In this document: positions 12,171 to 26,897 of the stretch, in pieces | Layout of the letters: each line of letters starts with the position of its first letter | Position numbering within the stretch: the first letter of the stretch is position 1 | The notes under the pieces: model-generated | Databases searched by the model: none | What the model saw: only the letters and a program-made list of their open reading frames with translations | What the model was told of the DNA's origin: nothing | NCBI RefSeq assembly: GCF_009914755.1 | Contig: NC_060927.1 | Reading direction: 5' to 3' (one strand) | Length of the DNA stretch: 64,000 bases | From: the human T2T-CHM13v2.0 reference genome, Homo sapiens | Position numbers and translations under genes: made by a program

Positions 12171-13233
12171 TTTGTATTTCACCACTTGTATTTCACCACT
12201 CTGTCTGGTGAAGGCCTAGAGGATCAGAAATGAGGATGTGGAGTTTGGGAGGGGTAGTTGCAAAGAGGAAGAGAGGAAAGACACAATTGATATTAGAGAG
12301 ATAGGATTACAAGAAATTGGCAACTGACCCAATTAGTATTGGCAGCTGACCCAATTGGTATTGGAATGTACTTTTTGCATGGACTTTTGTAGAGACTATG
12401 TTCTAGAACACATAATGGACACATTGCTGATGCCAAAACCTTGCTGGCATAATGTGATCACTGTGCAGTCACATCGAATGTTCAATGATGAACACAGGCC
12501 AAGGGAGTTGTTAGGCTGTTTCTAGTTTAGTCCTCAGTATTGCTTTATGTAACTGGCAATTTATATCTTGTTTGTGACAAAATACAACTTTGAAAAAGAC
12601 ATTTTCAGATAATAGGACGACTTCTTTGCTTCAGATTCTTCACTGCTAGAAATCTGCAGTGTCTACTCTGCTCCATATGAAAGTCAGATGAAGGAAAGTG
12701 AGTTTTCTCAAACAACATATATGACACCTGACTACGTTAAAACAGGTAATGAAAAACTGGTACTTAATATGAATAAAATAGAAAAATTGATAATACACTG
12801 GCTTGTGATATCAAGGACAGCCACCCTCTTTCACCCCGCTCCACCCACTTTTTAAAGCACAAAACTGCTCATATTGCAGGAAATGATCTTTGTACATCAA
12901 ACCCATAAATTGTTCAATCACATTTTCTTTGCTTTTAGAGTCAAGTTGCAGCATATTGTATGTGGTAATTTGGTGTATTTGGGGAAATGTCAGCTTTCTC
13001 CACCTGTGTCCACTCCATTAAATAAGCAATGCTGCTCTCACTGCACCAAGGAAAATAATTTATCATATTTCCCAACTCCAAGGTGGCTAGTGAAGGCTTC
13101 AGCTGTACTCTGAAGGTTGACAGGGGCCAGTAGGTCTAGGAGAAGGGGCAGGAGGGGCTAAGATCCTTCTCTCCTTCACATGGATGCCTTCAAAGGGAGA
13201 GGACAGCCCAGCTGTTAAGAGAACTTGTCTGTG

Positions 13234-13536
<303 letters not shown>

Positions 13537-13584
13537 GAGCTTGTTTGTCTACTGCATGTTTATACTCTAGGTTTATTCAGAAAT

Positions 13585-13675
13585 AAAGAGAGAGAGGGAG
13601 AGAGGAAGAAAGGAAAGGAAAAAAGAAAAGAAGGAAGGAGGAGGAAGGAAAGAGAGAAAAAAGGAAAGATAGAAG
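13585..13675. repeat. GA-rich polypurine tract
   Basis: aagagagagagggagagaggaagaaaggaaagg... Confidence 0.85.
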
Positions 13676-14024
13676 ACAATCTGAATGAATGAGCACTCTG
13701 ACTGCAAACTGGCATTCCACTGCAAATTTGACTAATGAAGTTGTCAATTTACTACTTAATTTAGTACCCTGAGACTGGTTTATCCATCTGTGAAATGGTA
13801 TAGCTTTATTTAACATTACTCAAAGGATGTTTTGATCATGTTAACAATGACTAACATTTTACATAGCATCCTTTCTTGAGAAAAGCAAAGTGCCGATGAC
13901 ATATTCTTCATAGACTATAAATTATCCTAGGAATGTAGATATTATATCAACTTTTCTCATCATCAACCAAACCCTTCTTTCATGAGAGGACCTCTATTTG
14001 ATGGCATTTTAAAGTTAAATTTCC

Positions 14025-14336
14025 AGCCAGGCACGGCAGCTCATGCCTGTAATCCCAGCACTTTGGGAGGCCAAGGTGGGCGGATCACTTGAGGTCAGGA
14101 ATTCAAGACCAGCCTGGCCAACATGGTGAAACCCCATCTCTACTAAAAATAGAAAAATTAGCTGGGCGTGGTGGTGCACGCCTGTAATCCCAGCTACTTG
14201 GAAGGCTGAGGCAAGAGAATCACTTGAATCCAGGAGGCAGAGGTTGCAGTGAGCTGAGATTGCACCACTGCACTCCAGCCCAGACAGCAGAGCGAGATTC
14301 CATTTCAAAAATAATAAAATAAAATAAAATAAAAAG
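14025..14336 (+). mobile_element. AluS (Sx-like)
   Basis: Full dimer, (TAAAA)n tail, exact TSD aaagttaaatttcc at 14011-14024 and 14337-14350. Confidence 0.95.
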
Positions 14337-15559
14337 AAAGTTAAATTTCCAAATCAAAGAAAAAATTCCATGTGATTATTTCTATCTTAAAAACAGGACA
14401 TAAATTGTTTTCAGATATGAGACAAGTGAAAATTCCACTTAGTCTTGAAAAATTGGCAGTCTTTACAAATGTACCTAGCATCCCTAGCTTTCCCAAGTGA
14501 CCCAAAGAGAATACCACAAATCTAATACCTCCCTTCCATAGGAACAGTTTCTTTAAAAAATCAGTAAAAGCAGTACATTTAACTAACTCTACCTGCAATG
14601 TACTATTTTTAGTAGGCTCATTTCTTATCAGTAGGCTGTTTTGTTTTCAGATAGGACCAGAGATTTCTGAATATTTAATTTTCATGTTTTCTTTATAATA
14701 GACATAATTTCCCTTGCTTTGGTCTGACCAAATAACTCTGCAATGCAGAACTTATTTGCTTCTTAAGTATTGGCTAGTATACTTTAAATTACATGCTCTT
14801 GTAATAAATTATGAGACCATGCTGTGTGTGCGTGTTGCATGTGCATGTGTGCTTTTAAAATCAGGGTCCCTTCATGTTTTGTTTCTACATAATACCTCAA
14901 TTAAATGGGGTAAGTTGACTAAAACTATTGAAAATCAGAGAGATTTTTTAAACAAATAAGACATTGAAACTTGTAAGTGATTTACGTTTATAGATTATCC
15001 AGTGCAAATGTGAACCTCTATGTAATTTTTCTGTTTTATAAGAAATAATTTCCACATTGGAAAGTCCCCTTTAAAAAAGACTTTCAAAATAGAAAAATGT
15101 AGAAATTTAGGCACTTAGCAAAATAGAGAAGTGTGTCCTGAAATTCAAAGAAAGAATCAGAAACATTTTCTTTGATTTTTACACAGTACTGGTTACCATG
15201 GTCATATCAATTCAAGGTTATTTAATGGCAAGCAACATGAAAAATTGACACAATGCAATAAAAAGTTATAAACAATTCCAGAGATACTCTGGCACTCTTT
15301 AGTGAAGTCCTATTATAATCTGTTTGACTTTGTTTTAACCTTCTACAGAATAACTGTAAGCATGTGTCTACCTACATCTGAGGGTAGCTTTTGGGATGCT
15401 CTAAAGACAGCTGATCTTAATAAAAGACTATGAAAACTCCTAAACTCTGTGATTATAAAAATGCTCCTCAATTCTGTTTAGATATGAATGAGGAAAAGGT
15501 AAAGGGCCAGTGCTATCATAATCACGGCACCATGGCAATAAGTTTTAATGTTAATTAAT

Positions 15560-16350
15560 GTATTCATTTAATTAGTTCATCAATTTATTTATTTAATGTT
15601 GAGTACCTAGCAGGTAGTAAGTACCTTCTAAATACTAAATCTTTAAATATTAATATGGCACTTCGCATAATCTTCAGAGGCTGGTCTAGTGGAAGAAAAG
15701 AATGTATGAAAAGTAACATAGATGATAAATGCCAAAAGAAAGATCTAGCTGTACAAGGAGCCATGCAAACACGAAGAATGAATGGAGTTTGGCATGGGAG
15801 GAAGAGAGAAGGGGAGGACATGGCGGGATTTCCAGAGGAGGTGTCATTTAATCTGGACCTTCCTTATTCTGTGTAATAAAAGAAAAATAAAGGGCACTTA
15901 GAGAGAGAAGCTAATCTGAACAAACTCATGGCATACCAATTTTTAAGTACAGCAAATATTTTGATATGACCGGAAGAGGTCAGATTAAGGAATATCAAGA
16001 AAAATAAGTTGGTTAGGGCTGGACTATAAGGTGATATATTTTGAGCTGCATTGAGGAATATGTTTTTGCTCATATGGGCAATCAGAAGCTATTAAATATT
16101 TAAAACAGAAAATAAACATTGGTGCATATGTATTTTAGAAAAGTAAACAGAGTATATGTGTGGATTGAAAGTGTGAGACCTGGAAGCAGGAAATCTAGTC
16201 CGGAGAGACAAGTTCAGGTGGGTAATAGTGAGATCCTAAGTTAGACACTGTTGTGTTAATAGAAAGAAGGGGAAGTTGTAGGAATTTCTTGGTGATCAAC
16301 TGAACATGACTGGGAAGAAGAGAGGCAACCATAGACAACTGTAGTTTCTA
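15560..16350 (-). mobile_element. L2 3' region
   Basis: Begins with antisense L2 tail (attcatttaattagttcatcaatttattt...gttgagtacct) followed by the typical purine-rich body. Confidence 0.65.
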
Positions 16351-16887
16351 ATACCATAGGGATACAAAGGTTTTCGTAAGTAAAGTCTATCATATTTGTC
16401 TAAGAAAGTTATATGGGTAATTGAAAGAAAAATTGACTGGTAAAATTTTTGGTATGAAAGTAATTCAAGAAAAGCAGATGTTATTTATATTTTCATTTTA
16501 ACCCATATTTTATTTGGCCAAAATCCCTTTTAAAAGAACTGAAACACAAAAGTTCATCCTTGTTTGAAGAGTTCCAACTTTCAGAGTAATGTAGAGGCTG
16601 AGTCTAGAATGGTGATGATGTTGTTGATACTGGAGACAGTCATTTTAATATTACTCTAGCAGCTCAGATAAAAGGTCAAATATACTGCCAAGTATCAGAG
16701 TTTTGAAAGAATAAGTCTCTAAGAGACTAAAATTGAAAATATAGCTGATAACATACTGTAAATTAAGAACTAGAAACTAGGAAGAATGAATCTGGTGAAA
16801 CCCCATCATTACACTTTATAATGCACAAGATGGTGCATACTGGAGTGTTTGATGAATGCCGCAATATGAGTAAACTTAAAAAAAAAT

Positions 16888-17171
16888 TTAGGGACAAGGA
16901 AGGATCTGTTACCCAGGCTAGAGTGCAATTGTGTGATCATAGCTCACTGCAGCCTCCAACTTGGGGGCACAAGCAATCCTCTAGCCTCAACCTCTTGAGT
17001 ATCTGAGACTACAGGTGCATGCCACCGTGCCGAGTTAAGTTTTTAAATTTTTTTAAAGATGGGGGTCTCGCCATAGTGCCTAGGCTGATCTAGAACATCT
17101 GGTCTCAAGTGATCCTCCCATTTCAGTCTCCCAGAGCACTGAGATTACAGGTGTAATTGCCATGCCTGGCC
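16888..17171 (-). mobile_element. AluJ
   Basis: gatcatagctcactgcagcctcc and ctcaagtgatcctccc J-type wording; TSD-like tgagtaaact/tgagaaaact. Confidence 0.9.
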
Positions 17172-18047
17172 TGAGAAAACTCTAATTCAGAATTAAAACT
17201 TTATTCAATATTCTTAAAAATCCATACTAAGTAGAAATCTTCTAAATGTTGTATCACTCCCCAAACTAATACCACTGGCCATGTTTCTATTTTCCTAACT
17301 CTTCAATTAGTGCCATCTTTCTGTAAGCTCCATCTTATCCCAGTTTCTATCATGAGCCCATCAAGGATGAGGTATTCTTACCATCTCAGCCTTTTTGTCT
17401 CCATTCTGGGGAGGGTTAGCACAACCACAGTATTTAAGCCAGCGACATGTGAGTCTGGGAGCCATCTCAGATTAGTCCCGTCAGCTGTGGACTAGATTCA
17501 GATTCTGAATCAAGTGCCTCGGCAATGATTACTTGTGTTGCTCCCAGAATTGCAACTCTTCCTGCACTTTAAGGCTTATTCTCAGAAGTGAGCTTCTCAT
17601 CTGGGTCCCTGTGTTCTCATCATTCTCCCTTCTGGACTGCAGTGCTCCTTCCCAGAACATGGAGCTGTGTCCCTGAACTCTATTTTGGTGCCTGAAACTC
17701 TAATTCCCTGTGTGTAGACAGCTGGGCAATGACCAGCAGCTGCTGCCCCAAGATTACTTGGGCTCTGCCCATCTGCTAGAACCCTTAACTCCTTACTGGG
17801 TGCCAACTGCTTTTTTGAACTGTTCTCAATATGTTGGCACTCTCACTTCTCCATGCCCTGCCACCCCAGGACTCCACATTGTTTACCTTCATGCCAGGTA
17901 CAATCTTCATCCTTTGACTTGTTCCAGTTGATCAGGGATTTGCGCCAGTCCTGATCCCGGTTCCCTTACCCTCTTTACTTTCCTTGGTTTGCTATGTGGA
18001 GACTTCATACTTTATCCTATAGCCAAAAAGAAAATGAGCAAGTACAA

Positions 18048-18110
18048 AAGAAAGGAGAGAGAGTGAGATCAAGAGCGAGAGCGAGAGAGAGAGAAAACAG
18101 AGAGAGAGTA
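18048..18110. repeat. Imperfect (GA)n microsatellite
   Basis: gagagagtgagatcaagagcgagagcgagagagagagaaaacagagagagag. Confidence 0.8.
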
Positions 18111-18231
18111 GACGGCTTTTAATAAGTTTAAGCATATAATCTACTCTTCTTAATCCCATCCCACAGGACTAGGCCTGCAGTGACAGATTGCCAGGACGCC
18201 CTCCTCTGACAAAATTGACCTTTCTTCACAG

Positions 18232-18336
18232 TCCAAGATGCAGTGGAATTATGGGGCTGTGCGTGGAGCTTTTGTGAGCCTGGCTGCCACTCTTATCAAA
18301 TGTGACAGGAAGGTCTGGTTCCGCATCCATGGCAAG
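18232..18336 (+). other. Candidate 105-nt internal exon (coding status unknown)
   Basis: Branch-like ctgac/ttgac, acceptor ctttcttcacag|, donor AAG|gtgaga, frame 0 open for 35 codons. Confidence 0.25.
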
Positions 18337-19270
18337 GTGAGACATGTGGGCAGCAGTTGCTCCATAAAAACGTACTGGGAAGCTACCTTCTACTTATAAT
18401 CCTGGTTTTGCTTCATGGGGAACAGGTCCTTTCCATTCTAATCTACTTAACACTTCTTTGAATGTTATTCAGGCCCAGTATGGAGAAACAGCAACATGGA
18501 CGTTGGCGGTGAGAATAGATGAAGCCAACTTATCTCTCAAATAAGGAGACAAGGACTTGGTAGCTAAAAATTGATATACTTAGTTGGCAAAAAGATAGTA
18601 CATATAGGCTTGATCGTCTGTTAAATATATAAAGATAAGTGGGAGTCCTTGGAGAACATCTTGCATTGTTCTGCCTTCTTCAATTAACAGATAAATGTAT
18701 GTGACCAATCTGCTAACATAATGTTCTCCTGGGTTAATCCTTATCTAAATGTGACAAGTTGTAATTATCAACAAAGCTGAAGGTCCCATTCATTGTTTTT
18801 AAATTACTTTTTAATTATATAATAAAACATGAATATATTATCTGTGTAAGAATTAAAATATTATACATAAGGCTAAAGTGCTATCTGATTATCTCTATCC
18901 CATTACTTTTGAAACTGTACATTTATTTTTTGAGGTTAAGTATCTTTCCTCTTCACAATTATTGCTTAGTGTATCCATTTGGTATTTTACAAAAAGTGTT
19001 TCTTAAGGACCTCTGGAAAGTTAAATATCCTTCACGATTTTAAGTTTGTTATAGGTAACTCAATTTTGTTTGTTTTGTGATCCCGATAACTTGCTTATAT
19101 GCAGCTCTGTGGGGGAAATGTCAGAAAGACAGAGGAAGAGGAGGTGACAGCTCACAGCTGGATGTTGTGTTTGGATTTCTCTCCAGAAGCAAAGGAATTC
19201 GTGGAGGTAGTGCCTTTGCTAAGGAAAGTACACAGCGACATTCAGTTGACAAAAATCTCAAGTTGACTAT

Positions 19271-19742
19271 TGTATTAGATTTCTAGGGCTGCCTTAACAA
19301 AATACCAGAAACTGGGTGGCTTAAAATAACAGAAATATAATCTACTGTCTGGAGGCTAGAAGTCCGAAGTCAAGGTGTTGGCAGGACTGTTCTCCCTCTG
19401 AAACCTGGAGGCGAATCTTTTCTAGTCTCTTTCTAGCTTCCGGTGTTTGTTGGTATCTTTGGTGTTCCTTGACTTGTTGCATTACTCCTATCCCCCATCT
19501 TCACATGAGATTCTCCCTGTGTCTCTTCACATTGCTTTCTCTCTGGGCATGTTTGTGTTTGTGTCCAAATTTCCTCTTTTGACAAGGACATTAGTTATAT
19601 TGAATTAGGGCCCATCCTAATGACCTCATCTTAGCTTGATCATACCTGCAACGATCTATTTTCAAATAAGGCCACATTCTGAAGTACTTGGGGTTAGGAC
19701 TTCAACATATCTTTTGAGGGGTATACAATGCAACACGTAAAA
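19271..19742 (-). mobile_element. MLT1 (MLT1C-like) MaLR solo LTR
   Basis: tgtattagatttctagggctgccttaacaaaataccagaaactgggtggcttaaa...aatgacctcatctt...ggttaggacttcaacatatc. Confidence 0.88.
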
Positions 19743-21161
19743 ACTAGAAAAGCAAAAACAAGTAAATCAGTTGGCTATAAAAATAAAGTATTTTTATCTA
19801 ATAAGAGAACCTGAGAGAAAGCGGCCTTTAATTAATAATAAAGCATTCTTGTCCAAAGAAGGGAAGCAATTCTGTTAAGTCTGCATGAAATTAATTAGGA
19901 TTTTAAAGGGATTCCGATCTCTTGAAAGTCGTATTAAGCATTAAGTGATTGATACCTCAAAAGATTTAATGTTATGGAAAATGGAAAACCATTAAACTAC
20001 ATTATACTATAAAATCATTGTGAAGAGTTCCTATTCCATTACTCAGGTACGAGTAACTTGTGAAGAGCTCAAATATGTCTTTGCTATAATGAATGTTCAT
20101 TTGTTTTCTTCTGAAAAACTAAACTTAAGGGATGCTATTTTTATTTCAGAAGTTTATGGTAAATTATTAAGTATGTAATTTAGCCTGTTAATTGGTTTCT
20201 GAAAAATTTGTGTTTCAGCACAAACTAGACAACAAGATGAATGCACTGATATAAGCCTGAAAGATGTGAATGATGGATTTTGTGCATTGTCAATAAGTCC
20301 ATTCCATCTTCTAGAGATATGGCACAGTACTCAGGTGTAAATGGATAACTCCCACATTACATTTGGGTGTTGAGTTTACTATGAAGAAATCCTAACTGGC
20401 ACACCAGCATTTGTTCTGGGCCCCATCAATTTCACAAGCTGTTTTTTTGTTTGTTTGTTTGTTTGTTTTGTTTTTTTAGCAATGCTTTGTTCAGACTTCC
20501 TTTCCAAGGAGCCTGGTCACCTTGAACACACTAACTGATATTATATTGGCCTCTAGTTTACAAAAAACTGATTGCAAATATGTTCTTTGTCCACAACATG
20601 TGGGGTTTTCACACTGCCATACCACATGCCTAAATACAGAAACTAAGCCAGTTCTAACCTGCATGTCCTGTACGATATGTAGCTTTCATTATGTGAAGTC
20701 ATCCTTACTGGCCAAATCTGGAATTGTGTCCCACCTTTCTTAAATTCTTGCTTTCTTATACCTCTTGTATTTATTTTTGGTTACCTGGCCCATGAACTTA
20801 ATCCTTCTTTTAAACCCTGAACACTCACTGTATATTGAATCAGAGCATTTAAGGGGTTAATTTGTCTTATACACCATTTCTGTGGGAAGATATCTGCTGC
20901 ATTCCAAACAATTTATAGATAGACTTAAAATCACAGTCTGTGGCTATGTTTTAGATTTTTGAGACTTTGATTGGAAAGTCATTCAATGTGAACAAAAGGA
21001 TACATGATTATGTAAAGAAAGTATAATATGGCAACCAAAGAAACTTAAAGTTGATCTATCATACTCATTTTAATTGGATTTTGTTCTATAGTAATTGGAA
21101 GTAAATAGCAAACATCTGATTAAAGTGACTCAAGGTCTTTTACTTTGAAAAAAGAATTTGT

Positions 21162-21460
<299 letters not shown>

Positions 21461-22464
21461 AGAATTTGTTCACCTAATCTTGCAGAAAAAAAGAGAAACA
21501 AACATAAGGGAGGCTATTCTGATGTGTCTCTGAAGATTCCTGAATGCCCTTTCCCTTTTTTTTCTTTGAGCTAGGATACTACCTAGGATACTTCACTTAA
21601 GTGGGGCCTTCCTGGAAAGAGAAAGAAGGGCAAAAATTGTGGCTTGCAGATACCTTCTTCCAGCTAAGTGGAGAAGATAAATGGTGGGAGATTCTTTAGA
21701 ACAGTTATTTTGATGTCCAAAGGCAAGATCTTGGATATTTAGCCTAAAGCAACCCACTGGCATACTTCCACTTTTCCTCCACAGAGAACCCCCACTTCCT
21801 GAAATATTAGCAATCGATTCCTTTTGTTTACCAATACCTTCAGGAATCATTCTCATAGTATATATTAATTTACTTATCTTTGTTTCTTGAGTTAGATACA
21901 ATGCTCTGGAATTTTGGTGATAGGTGGGGTGCCAAGTCGGGAAATGATTAAGGATGAGTAAAAAATAGTTTTAGAATATCGACCATTTTAGAAGCAGTCA
22001 GAATAGGCTGGGATCCTCAGTAGCAAAAGCTGAAGGCATCCCAGTGGGCCACATGAGGTAGTGGGTCCAAGAGAGGGAGCGAAACCCAGTTTAAGCATCT
22101 TGCTGTTCTATCTGGTCTGCACCTTCTCAAGTGAGAATTCAGTGCAATTGCCCTTTGAGAAGAAGCAGATGAAGGTGTGTCTAGTCTGAGAAAGGGAGTT
22201 TCCTGCACTTTCCTTCACAGCAGGACTAGAAGAGCCATTCTCATGCCCATACCTTCCAGATCTATTTCTTGATTTCCAGTATCTTTTACTAGACTCCCCT
22301 GTGACTCTGACATTACTTTCTCATGAAGGAACAGAATAGGGGAGTATTTAGCAGGAAATGACTTCTGGGTGCTGAAATAGTGAATATAGGATTGTTCCTC
22401 TTCCAGAGCCCTACAAGCTGCTTATACCTTTTGTGGATGATGGTACAGATTGCCAAGTTTAGTC

Positions 22465-22680
22465 AACTACAGAGATAAACAGAGAAGTGAGAAAGGAAGG
22501 GGGAGGGGGGTGTTGGCTAAAAAACTACCATTGAGTACTATGCTCACCACCCGGGTAATAGAATCACCTGTATCCCAAACCTCAGCATCAAGCAATATAC
22601 CCATATAACAACCATGCACATATACTGGCTGAATCCAAATTTTTTTTAAATAAGATTTTTAAAAGAAAATAATATAATTT
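22465..22680 (+). mobile_element. L1 3' end (L1PA15/16-like)
   Basis: aaaactaccattgagtactatgctcaccacccgggt...cccaaacctcagcatcaagcaatataccc. Confidence 0.85.
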
Positions 22681-24717
22681 AAATAATTTTTCTTCAAAGG
22701 AAAGAAAAGTTAAACCTGCCTCATCAGAACTTTGGGTGTGCAAGTCAAAAATTTAAAAGATATTTTAAAGTCTACAAATCTAATTACGAGCCCCTGTCTC
22801 CCTGAGTTGGTGTAAAGTTCAATTTGGAGTTCTGTAGTCTCTGGATTCTCATGAAGGGCCAAAACGTTAAGAAGGCCCCATTGGGCATTGATATGCTCGC
22901 CACTGGTTTTATCACCAAGATAACTTCTGTATCAGCCTGCATTTTCTTTCCATGGCTCGTGTTCCAGTGATCTCAATTATGCTTGGGGCATAAAAATTGA
23001 TAGTTCAATAAATAATTCTTCCATATTGTTAAAAATGTTTTTAGGTGTTAGGTCTTTGAGGAGTACTGCTCCTCAAATATTAAAGACAGTGTGGTATTTA
23101 TAATATTATCTTAAGCTTTTCCTATAGATTACAATATAGATGATTGGAAAAGCAAATTCACTACATATGGTTTTTAGTTTGTCACTAAATTTACTGTCAG
23201 TCTTTTTGAATGGGCGTGGTCACAAATTTAGTTGCTCTTACGTTTGATTCTCTGAAATACTGGAGAATGTTTAATATTTCTTTATCCTCAAATCAATAAA
23301 GCCGAATAAGTGTGATATTATGTTGAAATAACCTGCTATGGGCACTGGAGAAAGGAAGCCATAGCTCTGATCCCAGAACTCAGTACAAACTGCACAAGAC
23401 CATCCCCAACCCAAGTGTCATAAGGGATAGTAATGACCCTTATTGAAGATCTTGCTGTTGGGCCTGTAACTGACCCCCCTGAAATTGTGTTTAAAATGCT
23501 GTATTTATTTGCATTTCTTTGGGGAATTCGTTGATAGCTTTTCTTAATATCTCAAAACTCCCATAAGAGCCCTATATAATTGCAATATTTTTCCAAGGGT
23601 CCCCCATGCTTAGTGGATTATCATGCCTGATTATGTTACTCAGCACTCTTAAGTGTGAATTTATTCTCAGACAATGATCCTTATAAAACTGATGATTAAA
23701 TTGGATGAAGCAGCATTATTTTCGCTAGCAGAATCTAGAGGTCTGAAAATGTGCTTGCAGTTCTTGCAGTTGCTGACATGAATTCTTTTGGATTCTGAGG
23801 TGATTTAGTGTTTTTGTCCAGAAAACAAGAATCACATATTGTTCATCTTTCTAAGCCATAAAAAAGAATTGTGATGCATAACGATATTAAAATTCTATGA
23901 AAGAAACATATGACTGCAAAGTATTTCTGTTACCAAGGACTCAGAGTCACACCTCTGTTATTTTGCTTTTATGCCAAGGAGAACAAGGTCATTAAATGCA
24001 GCCCAGACCCACATATTGCATTCCCACTGGCTCAAGAGGATGCTGCCTGCAAAGAATGTAGGACAATTTAGTAAAACTGTTAAGAGCTAGCTGAAAAAGA
24101 ATTTTAAAATGCAGAGGGTAATTTGACAAAATTGAAATCTTTTATAATAGCACTGCAAAGATTAAAATAATTGTAGCACAAGATAATTCTGTCACACTTT
24201 ATCATTCTGTTCTTAACATCTGGAGATGTTATGAGGTAGATTTGGCATTCTACTATAATTTCTACCAGCATGTGTTATTATTTCTTTCCATCAACCCTGC
24301 AAGGCAAAGCTCACCCAAGTGCATTAAGTCATTCTCTGGCACATGATTTCTTTCAGTTATTTTAGAGCAGGAAATTTAATGGTACTCTAGCACTCTCCTG
24401 TGACCAGCTGAGCATAACACCTCCAGGCACTCTATGCCTTCGTCTCATAAGTAAGCTTAATGACATTAATTTGGCAAAGCAATCTAAAATTCTTTATAAT
24501 CTGTCTCTCTCCTCTTTACTCATGCTTGCATAGGTATATACACCCACATCTGACTGAGTTATAAAATGCTTTCTAGTTGAAAGCAAAATATTTTCCTTTC
24601 ATTGACACTGGAATGATAATTACTGCACTGTTGGTCATTAAACCAATAACTCTATAGGGAAATACCGCGATGAATGAACAAATTCCTTCTAAGACTTTTA
24701 ATCAAAATATCTTCAAT

Positions 24718-24768
24718 GAATATGAGTATGTGTCATAGTAAAGAATATGAGTATGTGTCATAGTAAAG
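24718..24768. repeat. Perfect 25-bp tandem duplication
   Basis: (gaatatgagtatgtgtcatagtaaa)x2. Confidence 0.95.
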
Positions 24769-25050
24769 TTGTTATTGAATTGCACATGTACATTTAAGAT
24801 ATTTACTATAACGTGGCTGGTCTATTTTCAAATAGCAACAAAAGCAAGATACAGAAAATGATGATTCATTATTCTGCCAAAGTCCTAGAGTGCTGAAATT
24901 TGCAGCCTTAGATTTAAAAAAGCAATATTCTCAGGCATTCTGTAAATACTCAGTGAGCTGAAAATGGGCCCAATTTCTTCCACACTTCCAATAGTCTGTT
25001 ATCTTACTCAGATTTTATATAGCAAAAAAAAAAAAAGGGTGGGGGGTGAC

Positions 25051-25625
25051 TCTGCTACTGTGGAAAGCAGCTTGGAGATTTCTCAAAGAACTTAAAAAGA
25101 TAACTACCATTTGACCCAGTAACCCTATTACTGGATGTATATCCAAAAGAAAACAAATTGTTCTAACAAAGAAACACATACACTCACATGTTCATCACAG
25201 CATTATTCACAATAACAAGGACATGGAATCAACCTAGGTGCATCAATGGTGGGTTGGATAAAGAAAGAGTGGTATACATACACCATGGAATACTACACAG
25301 CCATAAAAAAGAATGAAATCATGTCCTTTGAAGCAACATGGAAAGAGCTGAAGGCCATTATCCTAAGTGAATTAACACAGAAACAGAAAACCACATACTA
25401 CATGTTCTCACCTATAAATGGAGCCTAATATTGGGTACTCATGGACATAAAGAGAACAATAGAAGCAGGAACTACTAGAAAAGGGAAGGAGGAATGGGGA
25501 TAGGGTTGAAAAACTCATTATTGGGTCACAGGATCATTTGTACCCCAAAACTCAGCATCACACAGTTACCCAGCTAACAAACCTGCACATGTACCCTCCG
25601 AATCTGAAATAAAAATTGGAAAAAA
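25051..25625 (+). mobile_element. L1 3' end (L1PA16-like)
   Basis: ctgtggaaagcagcttggagatttctcaaagaac...aatcaacctaggtgc; ORF2 C-terminal relic WIKKEWYTYTMEYY; 3'UTR. Confidence 0.9.
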
Positions 25626-25639
25626 TATGGCTTTACAAA

Positions 25640-25915
25640 AGTACACCTAGATAGGAAGAATAAGTTCTAGCATTGAATAGCACTATGGGGTGACTGTAAT
25701 TAACAAAAATTAATTGTGTATTTTCAACTAGCTAGAAGAATAGATTTTGAACATTCCCAACACAAGGAAATAATACATGCTTGAGGTGATGAATATACTA
25801 ATTACCCTGATTTGAGATCGTTACATATTGTATACCTGTGTCAAAATAGCACACTGCACCTTGTAAATATGTATAATTATGTGTCAATTGAAAATAATAA
25901 AAGCAAAAAAAAGTA
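25640..25915 (+). mobile_element. L1MA-type 3' end
   Basis: taggaagaataagttctag...gctagaagaatagattttgaacattcccaacacaagg...taattaccctgattt. Confidence 0.85.
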
Positions 25916-26897
25916 AGCCAAAAGTGACTTTAGGTTAGTTAACATTTCATCAACTTTTCTATACTAACAAATCTAAAAATGTAAAATAAAAAATACATAC
26001 ATTTAGTCATCAAATTACTTTGTCTCTTGTTTCTTTTCTAGGTAGGAATAGGAATGCCAAAAAGAGAAAAAAAATGATTAGTTTTCTTTTTATTATTTGG
26101 GTCCCTATAGAAATGAATAATTTAAATAACTATTGTGATACTGTGCTTATTAAATGAGCCAGCTGACTCATTTCTTGATGAAATGAAAAGAAGAAGACAG
26201 AAGCTGCTTCTTTTCCATTTCATCCATACCTCTCATCTCAGCCTTTCATGATTTCATGCCAGAGACAACTGCTTTAGCTTTTAGGATATCACTCTTCACT
26301 TCTCCCCTCTCTAATTTCTCCATTACTACATTATTCCCATTGTGTCACTTAGCAACAAACACCTGCAATAATAATACCTGCCATGACCTAAAAGATGGAA
26401 ATGTAACTGTTTTTGGCATTTTAAATGTACAGCTAATTTTTCAATACTGTCTACCATGGCCATCTTCCTTAAATCCATCAGAATTAAATGTCTGCCGAAC
26501 TCCACATTCATTCCTGATTTGTGCAATATTACTCATAAACATCTCACCTAGAATGCTTTCTCTCTGCTTATCTCATCTTAGCTATTTCTTATCCTCCTTC
26601 CTCTGGCTGATCAGATTCTCTCTTCCTGACAAAACCTTTCCTCAAAGTTCAATCCAAAGTGATTTTTCCATAGTGAATTTCATTGGTCTGTTTTCCTCTT
26701 TAGGTAATCCATCATATTCTGTATTATGATATTTAAGAGATTAGGGAATTTTATTCACCTGAATTTCAGAAGAGCTGTTCTTCTTACAATAAGTGATCAG
26801 AGCAGGGAAATGAAAGCACATCTATGTGGACTCTGTTGGTGGGGAAGGGTGAGAAACTGAGTGTGAGGAGCAGAGGACAAGAGGCAGAGCAGGAGAG

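Noticed and set aside
21590-21850. Possible old MLT1-type LTR
   Set aside because: Too degenerate to call by eye.
26256-26729. 157-aa ORF
   Set aside because: It overlies pyrimidine-rich L2-like sequence and is L/S/F-rich with no motif or splice support.
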